From Trichodelitschia bisporula (Eukaryota): 64,000 nucleotides of DNA. Position numbers and translations under genes: made by a program. Under the pieces are notes generated by a model. The model saw nothing but the letters and a program-made list of their open reading frames with translations, was not told the origin of the DNA and did not search any database. How positions within the stretch are numbered: the stretch's first letter is position 1; every line of letters begins with the position of its first letter. Below are positions 13,130 through 25,513 of this stretch, in pieces. The stretch lies in assembly GCA_010356995.1 (NCBI GenBank), contig ML996692.1, positions 186,001-250,000 of the forward strand, given 5' to 3'.

Positions 13130-14437
13130 ATGCGGTACACCCTCCTCGCCGCCCTCCCAGTCGTCCTCGCGGTCGGCGGAAACCCCGACCCGACCTTCGA
13201 CCCCTCCACCAGCCCCGGCGATTTCGGCCCCTTCGTCCAGGCGACGCAGCCCGACCCCAGCGCCACCGGGGCGCCGAAATCCGTCTCCGCCGCCGTGGGC
13301 CGGCAACTCCAAGCCGCCTGCGACAACTGGGCCGCGGACACAGGCAAAGTATCCAACTTCCAGAACATCGGCAAGACGACGCCCGCGGGCCCTGCCTTCA
13401 ACGGCGCCGCGAACGTCGCCTTCCTCGCCGAGGTCGATGAGTTGACGCACAAGGGCATCTTGGACAATGTCATCGGCCTCGATCCCCGGGTCAGCGTTGC
13501 GAACCTCACCCTCACCAACGGCGTCTTCCAGTCTGTCGTCAACAATCTGCAGGTTATGTCCGTCCAGGGCAAGACCAAGCAGAACTTGATCGACCAGATC
13601 AATGCCGTCCGTTGCACGCAGATCCTGCCCAGTATTGATGCGTATATGGCCGTGGCAGCGCGAATCATTGGCCCGGGTGCGACGCGGAGGACGGCGATTC
13701 GCCCGGCTGCCTGCGCTGCCATCACCGGTGGCGGGGCTGGCGCGGGTGTTGGTGCGGGAGCCGGCGCGGGTACTGGAGCGGGTACTGGCGCAGGTACTGG
13801 AACTGCCCCCGCAACCGGAACCACCGGCGGCAAGGGCGGCAAGGGCGGAGCCGCTGGCGCCGGTACCGGTGCCGGGACAGCTGCCGGAGGTGCTGCTAGT
13901 GGTGCCGCCGGGGGTGCTATAGGCGGCGCAGCTGGTGCGGGTACCGGTACTGCCCCCGCAAAGGGCGGCAAGGGCGGAGCCGCTGGAGCTGGCGCTGGTA
14001 CTGGTGCCGGTACCGCTCCCAGTGGTGCTGCCGGAGGTGCGGCAGGCGGTGCAGCAGGTGGCGCAGGCGGTGCGGGTACCGGCACCGCTCCCGCAAAGGG
14101 CGGCAAGGGCGGTGCCGCCACTGGGGCTGGGACCGGAGCAGAAGCGGGCGCTGGTGCTGCCCCCGCAAAAGGTGGAAAGGGCGGTGCCGCGGCTGGAGCT
14201 GGCGCGGGTGCCGGTGCTGCTACCGGTGCTGGAGCAGCTCCCGGGACTGCGCCTGCGAAAGGCGGGAAAGGCGGCGCCGCTGCTGGCGCTGGAGCGGGCG
14301 CTGGGACCACCACCGATGCCGGTACTGATACTGGTGCTGACACCGGGACTGATGCTGACACCGGTGCTGATACCACGACAGCGCCGGCGGCAGGCGGCCA
14401 TACGCACAACCGGCGTGCTGTTGCCTTCCGTGCCTAG
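13130..14437 (+). CDS. Secreted protein: about 180-aa globular domain plus a Gly/Ala/Thr-rich repetitive tail
   Basis: Signal peptide MRYTLLAALPVVLA; good start context (AAAATG); intronless 435-aa ORF with C/G-ending codon bias; repeats GAGAGTG and PAKGGKGGAA. Confidence 0.85.
   Translation: MRYTLLAALPVVLAVGGNPDPTFDPSTSPGDFGPFVQATQPDPSATGAPKSVSAAVGRQLQAACDNWAADTGKVSNFQNIGKTTPAGPAFNGAANVAFLAEVDELTHKGILDNVIGLDPRVSVANLTLTNGVFQSVVNNLQVMSVQGKTKQNLIDQINAVRCTQILPSIDAYMAVAARIIGPGATRRTAIRPAACAAITGGGAGAGVGAGAGAGTGAGTGAGTGTAPATGTTGGKGGKGGAAGAGTGAGTAAGGAASGAAGGAIGGAAGAGTGTAPAKGGKGGAAGAGAGTGAGTAPSGAAGGAAGGAAGGAGGAGTGTAPAKGGKGGAATGAGTGAEAGAGAAPAKGGKGGAAAGAGAGAGAATGAGAAPGTAPAKGGKGGAAAGAGAGAGTTTDAGTDTGADTGTDADTGADTTTAPAAGGHTHNRRAVAFRA
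13725..14390 (+). repeat. Coding Gly/Ala repeat array with five (PA)KGGKGGAA anchors
   Basis: GCAAAGGGCGGCAAGGGCGG-like units at about 13826, 13958, 14093, 14165 and 14255, separated by GCCGGT/GCTGGT runs. Confidence 0.9.
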
Positions 14438-15064
14438 GCTTATGGGGGCAGAGAGCGTTGATCGCTGATTCTTTCACGGGGAGACAGGTTTGGTGACTTC
14501 TGAAAATATATGTATAGCATTGATGGGAACATGGACGGTCATTGCATTGCGGAGAACTGGGAAATATCACAAGGCTTTTTTGCTGCCGATTGCTTGATGT
14601 GCCATGCTTGTGAGATTCATTCAGCGCTGTTGTCCTCCAACTAGAACTAGTAGTGTAGCCTCGCTAGCCTGCTGGTAGAGTTGTATGTCACATCAATCTT
14701 GTACGCTGCGCCCCCGCCCACGACAGAAAACCGAACGCTCATCGTTTCTCCAGTTCATGCACATCTCCGTTTGCCACCGTCCACCATTAAATGCCCCAAA
14801 AAATGCCCTTTTGGCAGGCACGAAACGCCCCGGCGCCCTTCCCAGCGGAAATGCAACCCGCCATGCAGATGCCCGTAACTCGGAACCATAATCAATGAAA
14901 AGAATATGAGCACAGCTGCGGCAGTGTGCGACAAGAAAAAGCCCAAAATTAGGAATACGTACAGCCCGAAGGGAAGCATGTTATAAACAACGCCAGATGC
15001 AGCGGATGGAAAAGTTGTACCGTGGGCAGAATATGGGCGCTTGTGAAGAAGGCCTGCCCTAGGT

Positions 15065-17967
15065 CTATTTCGTCCACTTGTCGCGCGTCAACTTCCGAGG
15101 CTTTCTGTCCGCGTGCGGCCGACCGCGCTCAGCCTCACCCTCCTCACGCTCCCATGTGTCACCGGCTCCAAAGTACGGGCTCTGAGCCGTTGGTTCAGGG
15201 GCTTGGACAGCAAGGAGCCGACTGCGCAACTCAATGGGTGCGGGACCTTGGGACCCCTGGGCGGTAGGGAGAGTGGGTGGCGGGGGCGGAGGAGCGCGGA
15301 AGTCTTCGCTACTGTGCGCGAAGCTGCGACGGGAGAGCGGACTGCGTGCTGTGGACCGCGATGGCGCAGCGGGGGGCATGTGGAGATAGGGCTGTGCCCC
15401 AGGGCCCGATGCTTGCAGCGTGGGCGAGAGGAAAGGAGGAGAGGATTCAATGGCGGCATCGCGGTGTGCATCGCGGAGTGGAGGTTGGATATGGAGAATG
15501 GGATGCGAGTTCGGATGCGGCAAGGGGTATGGTTGCGAGTGCGGTTGCGAATGGCTGGGATGCGGGTGTGAAAAGTTCGTAGGCGGGTGCGGCGTTTGGA
15601 GGTAAGAGGGCGCATCGGGACCTTCGCGAAAGCCAAAGAGTGCAGGGGCTTGATTGTCGTGGCTGTCTTGGTTGCGATGTGCTGCGGAACCCCCAGGAGG
15701 ACCAGAGACAGTGGCGGACCGGTTCTTGCCGTCCCTGTTGTAGATTTGAATGCCATGATCCCGCTCAAAGGCGGCGCCACCAGCTGGTCGCTGTTCTTCC
15801 TGATGCGAGTGGTAGGTAGCCTGGTCTTCGGGGGACAGGAAACTCTCAACGCGGCGCGGCAAGTAAATTGAGTTGTCGTAGCTGGTTCGTGTAGCAAAAG
15901 AGTCGAAGCTGGCACGCGGATGGAGTGGAATATGTGACCCATATGGGTGGCGTGCGAAATCGCCTGGAGCTGGAAGGGTGAGACCAGAATCGTTGCCAAG
16001 CCCGTACATGCCATCCGACGTGCGCTCGGAAGGCGCAAAACGACCCTCGACATTGGCTGGAGGCTGCAAATGCGCCATATCAGGACCCTTCCTACGACCG
16101 GATTTGCGTCTCCGAATCTCTGCTGCGGGTTTGAATGACTCTGGCTCCACGTTGAGGTCATCTCCAGCCTTCTCAGCCTCCTCAATAGCTTCTTGCGGCG
16201 AAATCTTTTCGGAAGCCTTTGAGGCATCAGCTCGGGGACCACCCCACGTGCGCTTCCCAGCAGTACAAATGCCGTACACCATGTAGAGCCAGTTAAAAGC
16301 GGGGTTGACGACGAACATGATCGGATAGAGCCAGATCTTGTAACGGCCGAGTTTTGCGCCAAAGTAGAACATCAGGAGCCAATTCAGGCCAAGGGAGACG
16401 GCGATGAATCCGACCGGCAACTGAGAGACGCGCTGAGAGGTGGTTATGAGGGAGATAACCATGATGAAGAACAGGAGAGCTGTGGTTCGAATGGTATTTT
16501 GAGCTAAGCGCAGCGTGCATAGTATCGGATAGCGGTACCAGAGGCGTGCATCTGTCAGCATACAAGCCTCGTTGGTGATGAAACCCAGGAACCACCGACG
16601 TCGTTGCTTGAGGAGGGCCCCGAAGTCCTGGACCGCTTCAGTTTTGCAGAAGGCGCCAGTGTTCATCTGAATCTGATAGCGTTCCTTTGCGGCGATCATG
16701 AACAGATGCGTCAACCAACGATCCTCCCCAAGATGACACTTTCCGTAGTCGAAGAGATCGTTGCACTGCTCAGCCTTATCGGCAAAATAGTACTTGGACA
16801 TCTTGCGGAAGGCCGAAAATCGCAGGATCGTGAGGGCACCGGGCAAACAGGTAACGGCCCCGCATCCTGATTCTACCGTTCGCTCAAAAAGCTGCCCGTG
16901 AATGTACTCCATATCTTGCAGAATGGTGAGCAAGCTGTTTTTCTCAGTGGTCGACGTGATGACACCTGTCATCGCTAACATATTGTGCTTGCTCCCTGGT
17001 TTCAGCTCCATTTCGTACATGAAGTTTTGAATGCACACTTTGTCCAGTATGCAGTCCGAGTCAATGAAGAGAATGAAGAGATTGTCGTTCCTCTTGAGAT
17101 ACTCCTGATAGACGCGATCAATCAATTTGAAAGTCTTCTTCTGACAGCTGCGCTTGCCGCCGTGCGGAAAACGGGACACGGTAATGCGTGTACGCCGGTA
17201 AACGACGTCAATGCTTTTCGGGTACCCGTTTACCGTTAAAGGGACGCCAAGCGCCTGGACAGTGTTGAGATAGAGTTCATCTTCATCGTCTCCGTCAAAA
17301 GACAGGAAAACGTGTAGGCAAGAGGGCGGGTATTCGCAGTCGACTATCGAATCCACAGTCCGCAAAAGGATTTCTGTTTTTTCTTTGTAGCAGGGCATAA
17401 CGATGACGACTTTGGGCGCTGATGCTTCGTCCAGCACGTGTTTGATACGCTTTTGCCTGCCGATATTGTGCGTGACCAGCTGGAAGACGCAAAAGAGCCA
17501 CGGGATTGTGAGAAGTCCAGCAAACGACCAAAACGCGAACCATTGTAAGATACTAACGGCCTTGATTGGGAAATACTGTGAGACGCGGGCGGGTAACGGA
17601 AGTGTGACGACCATGATAGGTAGGAAGATGGCCCTACAAGGTCAGCAAAGCCTTCCAGGATGAATGGATTGCCAACCGAAGGAGTGTAAAGATGGTCGCA
17701 ACGATAACCGCAAGAAACCGTGTGCTCATGTTCTCCGCCTTGATAAATGTCTGGAGGAGACAAAAGAGAAATGCACCGAGCCACATGAACCATTCGATGA
17801 AGGCCATGAGCATGAGAAAGCCCATAATGGAGACGTATATGATCTGTGTGCAATTTAGCAACAGACTGGAAGGCATGCGGCAGGTGTCTCACGTCTTTCT
17901 TGGGCCACGGATCTGTAATAGCAGGCTCTCCACCGGGCCCTATGGCCCTCTCCGTAATGTTCCACAT
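15065..17967 (-). CDS. chsD: Chitin synthase, ChsD-type (GT2 family; class VI or VII depending on nomenclature), 3 exons
   Basis: Motifs 'FIDSD', 'VTCLPGALT', 'LGEDRWLT', 'KQRRRW', 'TWGGPR'; two introns join MWNITE...PKKD|IIYVSIMGFLMLMAFIEWF...TLLR|AIFLPIMVVTLPLP. Confidence 0.92.
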
Positions 17968-20304
17968 TGTCCGGAGGCGGATATGTGGAGTTTGGCCGAA
18001 GCCGGAGCCGCTTTGTAGCTCAAAGAGACGCTATCGTGGGATGTGAGGAGGCATGGAGAACCGCGAGATGGCAAGCCGGAGGAGCAAGTGTTGAGAGAAG
18101 TGGCGTTGTGCAATCGGCCAGCTTTCACCAGAGACTCGCTGAGTCGCCCTATGATTATGTCGCGGGTTGCAGGTTGCTATCGTCCAAACTTGTTAGTGAA
18201 GATCATCAAACATGGACGTTGCGCGTACCGTGTACTACAAGTTTTCCACACAGAATTACCGCGACGCGCCGCCAGAATAAGGCATCGGATGCAAAATGAT
18301 TACAACACGCAAAGCCAAACAAATTATAGACTAAAGCTTCTCATAACCAGAGGCAGAGAATGCAGACTGAACTGTTAGGAACGACAGGTTGGGGATGAGG
18401 TGGCAGTCAGCCAACAATGCCCACAAGAGAACTAAGACCGCAGGAAAGCAGAAATTATGAGTATCGGCCGGGATCTAGTATGGCGTAGCTGTCCACAGAT
18501 ATGGGGAGGACTGGGGAACTGGGGAACTGGGGAACAGCCGGGGTTTCGGGCCTAACTTTCGAGAGATGAGAACGAGGGGCGAGGCGGCGGGGGTTTGCGG
18601 GAGAAAGTATCCTGGAGAAGGCGGGATCCGGTTCAAATGGAGCAATTAAGGGAAACAAAGGCCAGCGTGATAAGAGGAGAGGCAAACACGAGATTGAGAG
18701 TGGCTAGGGGGTAAGGACCGGGACGAGTTAGGTAGTGGAGTGAGGTGGAGGACTTGGAAGAGAGATGGAGGCTCGAGGTGCATGGGAGGACGAGGAGCAT
18801 GGGAGATGGTCAATTCACCGAGAAAGAGAGGAAAAGAGACCCAATTGGATTCGCTTGACTCGCCTCGGCACCAATATAACATGATGGGAAGGGGCGACTA
18901 CCCACTGCTGAGCCATGACGTTTTGAGTCCTTTCCCAAACACCCTCGGGGAGGCTACTTTGGGCAGCTTCGACCCACGGACATGAGCGGCAGAAGGCAGG
19001 TACAGTTTACACTGCACATAGCCGGACAGGACCTGCGCACAAGTGGACAGTACCTGCGTCACCTCGCCTCATAGTGCTTCCTCCATCCGGAGAGCGAGCG
19101 GTGAAGATGTCCCACAGGGCCGTACTCCCGAGCAGTGGGAAACCGACACAGTGGCAAAAGACAGCTGGAAGACAGCTGGAAGGTAGGAAGCAGCCGGTAA
19201 AACTGGCGGGAAGGAACATGTGGAGGGGTCGTGCAGGTGTCCAAAGTGTCCCAAGTATTCATTGCACTTGTCCCATAGCGCACGACATGGGAATATCCAC
19301 AACCCGGTCTAATCCAATAACCATGGGCCAGTCGGGCAGTACAGAGCCTTGCAAATGGGGGCATGGGCCACGTCTTTGTCTTTCTGGAAGCGCGAAAAAA
19401 AAATATTGCGTCCTAAGTTCGCTTGAATGGTTGGCCGCCGTTGAGATAACGGTTACCCGCCGAACGTGAGACGCATTGTTGCATTTGGAGGTTGGAACGC
19501 AGAGACGACGTCGGCGGCTTATTTTTCCCATCGCCGAGATCATCCCAAGCTTTCCGCCAGTCAACGGTCGTCCGCCGCCTTGTCGTCCCCCACTCTTCCG
19601 CGAGGCGCTTCCCGCCCCGCTGTCTCTAGTTCTCTTGGCCTCCGCTGAGTGCCCCAATCGTGCCAAGTATTTCCGCCGCGTTTCCCTGTACGTGCTGCCA
19701 TCCGCCCCCATCGAGTTTGCTGGGGCGAGTGCAGCATGATGTAATCCTATATCGATGCCGCAAGAACCAGAAAGGTCATTAGGGGCGGCGTGCTTTGTAC
19801 GCGGGCTTCGAGTGGCTGGGGACTGACTGGAGCGGTTAAGTGCCAATCTACAGAATCAGATCCTAGGCGCGTACAGACATGACCATGTCCATGCAGTCGG
19901 AATTAATATCGAGACCTTGTTAGACGACTGGAGGGTCTTCCTCACCAAGCCATGCTACATATGCGCTTCCATAGTACACACGTATGGCGGATAGGCACGC
20001 GCGAGCTCCACTTGGAATACGAGTCCCTCTCCAAGCTCCTCCGAAATTTTTAGGAATGCCGACCTCCCTGACACCCTGCGTAATCTCGCTGTCTCTACAA
20101 TGCCATCTATACAGGGCGCAGAGAGACCGTGCAGCGGCTCTTGGTGCAAGCCACAAATAGAACCAAGAACACATGCGCGCACTGCTTGCGCCGCCCGCTC
20201 CGGCAACCGGACCGGTTGTCAAAGTCAGGTCCCGAACCGACGTCTTCGGGTGATCCAAAAAAGGATGTACGCCGGGACCGGGCCATTCGGCCGCAAGAAT
20301 GGAA

Positions 20305-21295
20305 CTATTCCGGCCGCAGCTTCCCTCTCTTTTCCCGCATTTCTCGTACGCGTTTAGCATCCCGCTCAAAGTTCTCCTTCAGCTCCATCTCCTTTCTCTT
20401 TCGGCCTTCGCGCGTTTGAAACCGGTAGAAATCGCCACCTGCGCGCTTCTTCTCTCTCTCCTTGAGACGCTCCTGTGCCGCCTGCGCTTCCTCGAGGCGT
20501 GCAGGACCGGACCGGCCGCCACGGGTAACGGTGATGAAGCCGTCCTCATCCGGTACTTGACGTTGTTTGGCCAGCATTTTGGCACGCGCAGCCTCAAGTG
20601 TGGCGAAATGGGCTAGGTAATTATTGACACGGGACTGAAGGAGGGCGCGGGGTGGGTAAGTGAGGCGGTGGTGGGAGCGGTAGCCTTGTGATGTTAGCCA
20701 GCTGAACGATGATAAACGGCAGACAGATGTAATACGTACGGGTTTCGCCTAAGTCATCCCGACCTTTCCACTCAGCCTTTCCTCCTTGCTTGATAAGTCT
20801 TTTGACCGCCTTGATTACAGCGTCTGCACTGTCGCGGTCTACGCACACGACCACCGCCTGCCCACCGCTGCCCCGGATTTGCTCCCCCTCCCAGAGCCGC
20901 GGCAAGCTTGCTCCATCTCCTTTGACCTGGCCACTTTGACCCCGCTTTCGCTTCCGTCCACGTCCCGACAGCGGTACTTCTGTGCCCTGCACCACCACGA
21001 CGCCGGTATCCTCCTCTTCCACTTCGCCTTCGGCTAGAGGAAACTCGACTCTCTCGATAGTCACAGCAGCAAGCGATTTGAAGAGTCGCCGCAATGTGGA
21101 CTCGTCTGCGTCAATCGGCAGGTTGGCGAGGAAGAGACTACGTGCGGTGTCAGGTGTAGGCTCCGCATCAGGCGGTGGCGCATCGGGGCGCAAGTAAAGG
21201 TAATGTGTTGCCGCGTAAGGACAGGAAGGTACCGTCGGCAGCGAGAGAGGGAGGATGTGGAGGTTTTGGATTTTGGCGGGAATGTGAGACGGCAT
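20305..21295 (-). CDS. RRP7: Ribosomal RNA-processing protein Rrp7; intron about 20685-20739
   Basis: N-terminal RRM-like 'THYLYLR...RSLFLANLPID'; C-terminal 'PDEDGFITVTRGGR...DFYRFQTRE'. Confidence 0.9.
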
Positions 21296-21631
21296 CGTGA
21301 AGATTTCTCGGCCGTGTCGAATCGATTGAGGGATGGGACTGGCACAAGGGCCGAGCGCACGAATTCCGAGTATGCGCGCTCAAAGAACTCGCCGCTGTTG
21401 AGAGTTTACTGTAGACGAGATTGAGAGCGATGAAGTTGTAGAACTGGGATGCGCGCAGCTGTGCGGAGGTCTGAACTTTTTCTGCCCGATCCTGGTTGAC
21501 GTCTCGATTGGCCCGTGCGCAGGGCGTTCGCGTTCTTGGTCGCCGGTCTTGATGCAGGGGTCGCGACATCAGACGCATTGAAATGTGGCCATTCCCTGAT
21601 ACTCTGATACTCTGTCATTCATTCATCCGCG

Positions 21632-23187
21632 ATGGAGCGCTTAAAATCTAATAACTACAAGGCGCTCAAGGAGGCCTTCGTGAGTAATCTCTCAGGAGGG
21701 CCGATATGGGAAATCTACGCCGTAACGCTGGTCATGCCCGTAAGTTTGCCGTCACGAAGCACAACGTGAAGCTCACAATCCCCAAGGCGGCTGTTCTTCT
21801 TTGGTCTGTCCTGCAGTCGCGAACACACTCTTTCACGCCATACACACCTGTAGCTTTTGCCGTCGATGTTCTCCTCAACTGCCTCGTCATCCTGTTCGCC
21901 ATCACCCTCTACTCCGGCTTCCCGATCTTGCTAAATGCGCTTTTGATTGCTCCGGCAATTCTTCTTCTCATCACTCCCAGGTCTGCTAGCCGGCAAAAGA
22001 GGCCTGGCAAGCCACCTAAGCATGCTGATGGCGCCGAAAAGAGTCACATGGACCCCTTTCCAATCAAGCCTTTTGTCACCATGTACCGGGGCAACATGAT
22101 GGTCATCACGTGCGCTGCTATCCTGGCCGTCGACTTCAAAATCTTCCCCCGACGGTTCGCCAAAGCAGAGACTTGGGGTACCTCACTTATGGACATGGGC
22201 GTCGGCTCATTCGTCTTTACTGCCGGTACAGTCTCTGCCAGGTCTGTTCTCAAAGCCCGGTTCTTGCAGCAGCAAACATCCCCCTTAGACCGCCTGAGAG
22301 ACTCCATTCGACATGCTACCCCGCTCTTGGTCTTGGGATTGATTCGTCTGTACACAGTGAAAGGCGTCGACTATGCAGAACATGTGACGGAATACGGCGT
22401 TCACTGGAACTTCTTCTTCACCCTCGGATTCCTGCCGCCGTTCGTTGCTTTAGCTCATTCCGCTATTGAGCGCATTCCATCGTACATTGGGTACTCCGGG
22501 CTGGCACTCCTTATCGGGGTAGTGTACGAATTGATGCTCGACAATACTAGCTTGACAGCTTTTATCCTTATAGCGCCCCGAAACAATCTGTTCTCTCAGA
22601 ACCGCGAGGGGATATTTTCCTTCTTCGGATATCTCGCAATTTTCCTCGCCGGTCTCGCTGCCGGGATGTTTGTTCTTCCCCGCGAATCACCACAGCCGAC
22701 AACAAGCGGCTCTAAGGGGCATTTTAATAAGCTTCGCAATTCCATTGGCGGCAAACTTCTTTTTTGGGCAGCAATCTGGAGCGCATTGTTTGGCCTTACA
22801 ACATGGTATCGTGGCTTCAATCTCCAAGTGTCTCGAAGGCTCGCAAATCTGCCATACATTCTCTGGGTCGCGGCGTTCAACTGTCTGCAGCTTGCTTTAT
22901 GCTACTTTGCGGAGCGTCTTTGCTTCCCCGAGGTACACAATACTGACAGTGGCGATGTGGAGAGGAAGAGAGCCCGGAACGCTACCAGTCCTTTGCTCCA
23001 TGCCTTCAACAGGAACGGCCTGGCGGTTTTCTTGCTCGCGAATCTTCTCACTGGGGCCGTGAACTTGACGGTTCGGACGCTTGACGCAAGCCAGCTGAAG
23101 GCGATGTCAATATTGGTGGGATACATGGTTGCGCTTAGCGGAGTGGCCCGCTTGTTGGATGCGTTCAACATCTCGATCAAACTCTAG
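21632..23187 (+). CDS. GWT1: GPI inositol acyltransferase Gwt1/PIG-W; intron about 21740-21786
   Basis: 'YKALKEAFVSNLSGG', 'ILAVDFKIFPRRFAKAETWGTSLMDMGVGSFVF', 'HVTEYGVHWNFFFTL', 'NRNGLAVFLLANLLTGAVN'. Confidence 0.96.
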
Positions 23188-24087
23188 TAGCGCATGGGAC
23201 GATTTCACTTGAGATCAATTGTACAGTACCCGTAGCATATCCCTTAAATGTACTAAGGGCGCAGTCCAGGATACGACATCATCAATGACCATGAAGGTAC
23301 CGAAAAATGTGTAGACTTCTTCGGGCTATGACGGTGAGCTAACAATGCTGTCTGTGATCACGGCTGTGTTCGGAGATGGTTGTTCCGTGCCGGCAGGGGT
23401 CGTATCTCAGACGTCACTCGATTCGCGCAGCCACGGCCACGACATTCCACTGCTTGTATGCTTCTTGAGTTACCATGCGACGGTAAATTTTGAACTACGC
23501 TCATACGAAACGACTGCGATGCTGAAGGAGAATATTCCACCATTTTACGTCTCAGACAGACCGCTGCTCCACCGCCCGGGTTGAAACGACTTCGAAGCTC
23601 GAAGTCCAGGCGCTGTTGGGCTGAGGCGATTTCCAGTTTTGAAACAGACTTACCAAAGGTAATCACTTCCTCGATATCAATCATTGAGCTATGTTTAGCC
23701 TGCCCTGATATGTTGCTGTCTATTGACACTTGATCCTTTCCCCTTGCGCCTTCGGTCGCTTGCTTCACGCTTTCCCCGGCCGTACATGGAAATGAGGTAC
23801 CTTGCGTGTTGCGCTGTGCGCGTCTGGCCAGCAACGCGGCCGGGACCTGTTTGCTTGTGCTGTCGGCAGTCCCAAACAACTACGAAGTCGGATGTCCTCC
23901 GAAGCCGCATGCGCGGATTTAGCTCAGAGTTCTGCCTCCCACTGATAGCCAAGGCGGCGCGGGCTCTTTGATTGCGCAGTACTGCGACACGATCTCCCAC
24001 TTGCAGACCATTTAGCTTCCCTACCTCAGATACATCCAATTCTCCCCGCTCCAACCTTTGCGAGAACATTGCGGCTAAGCCACCGCC

Positions 24088-24992
24088 ATGGACAGATTGA
24101 ACGAGTTAAAGCCCTCGAGGACCATGAATCCGCCTACTTCAGCTCCGCCCGCAAAGCGTCGCCGGGTGAATGCTCTTCATAAGCCCTTTGTCTCGCCCCT
24201 CAAGCGGCCCAACAACGATGCTACACACCCATCGACGCCCCGGACAGAGCAAGGCACAGCTACCACGAGTGTTACGAACCCGAAGACCCCTCAATCGAAC
24301 GCAAAGGTGCCTTCGAGTTCTCGTTCATTCCACACACCTCTGGCCACGCACGCGGCATCTAGCCACCAGACGCCGCAGCGTCGCAACGCACCCACGACGC
24401 CGACAGACAAGCGTATCACCTCCACCAAAATTCGTAGCCTTGAAGCGAGTATCATCCGCCAACGGCAAGACATCGACATTTTGCGCCAGGCGGTCTCGAT
24501 AGCATCTTCGACGAAGGGCGCTGAGCTTGAGGAGCTTACCGTCAAATGGCGCGATGCGGCGAGACTGGCGGCTGAGGAAGTGTTTGCTGGCGCAAGGGAT
24601 AGGGTGAACCGCATGGGCGGCGTAGGTGCGTGGCGAGACCAGGAAAAAGAGCGCAAGGTTCGGCAGGTAGAATGGCAGCGGGAGGAGATGCTGGCTGAAG
24701 CTCAAAAGCGGGCCGAGGCGAATGGACAGGGAGAGGAAGCTGAGAACGGAGATGGATTTCGGAGGGACGAAGGGAACACGGAGGAGACATGGGACTATGA
24801 AGAAGAGGGCAAGGAAGACAAAGAGACGGACAACGCTGATTATGACGAGGTAAATCCAACATTGATCCCGCTTGATACCCGCGACGATGCTGATTCCGAC
24901 AGAGTTTCACAATGGACATGATGCTCAAGACGCTCAATATTGATCTTGACCTCATTGGTTACAACAAGCGCCGGCAGATGTGGGTCGGATGA
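24088..24992 (+). CDS. SFR1: Sfr1/Mei5-like Swi5-dependent recombination repair protein; intron 24850-24902
   Basis: 'LHKPFVSPLKR', 'ELEELTVKWRDAARLAAEEVF...RVNRMGGVGAWR' and the spliced C-terminus 'FTMDMMLKTLNIDLDLIGY'. Confidence 0.8.
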
Positions 24993-25513
24993 TTTGATGC
25001 GAACACTACACTTGATACCTGATTTGAGTTTCTTTTGCCAAATCATATAAGTATTGAATGAGGCGCCTGTCCTGCTAGTCGTCGCTAATGACAATTTCAC
25101 CTCGCTGATGGATCTGGCCACTATGAAAGGTCCCTCCGACTGTATGCCGTACGCCGCTGGCAGGGCCGAGGACGAGCTGGCCGTTCTTCCGGTTCTTGAC
25201 AGCTTCCTTTCCCAGCCACAACCGTTGCCACGAATCCACATTTCACAGCAAACATCCAAAAATACACTGGTGTTTCCCAGTTCCATGCTTTAACCACAAA
25301 CGGCACGATACCGAAGATCGCCGAGAATCTCCACGGTTGCTCGGCACAAGGCTGCCAACGCCAAGACCAAGATGGTTGGGCTTGGGAACCATAAGGCTTT
25401 CTTGCGGTTTGCGGTGATTGCGCTCAGTATCGACTTCGTCTATGATTTTTTCTACGCTCGTTGGTCTAGAACACCATCATGCATCGTTACAAGTACAGTG
25501 ACGAAACCTTTGT

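Noticed and set aside
13106..14409. Two ORFs of about 430 aa antisense to the Gly/Ala protein
   Set aside because: Shadow frames of a GC-rich repeat; only the + frame has a signal peptide, a good start context and a globular domain.
18000..20290. 2.3-kb region upstream of the chitin synthase with many short ORFs
   Set aside because: Looks like a long promoter and 5' UTR (pyrimidine-rich leader on the minus strand); no ORF is convincing.
23345..24069. ORFs of 80-170 aa between GWT1 and SFR1
   Set aside because: No family features or splice-supported structure.
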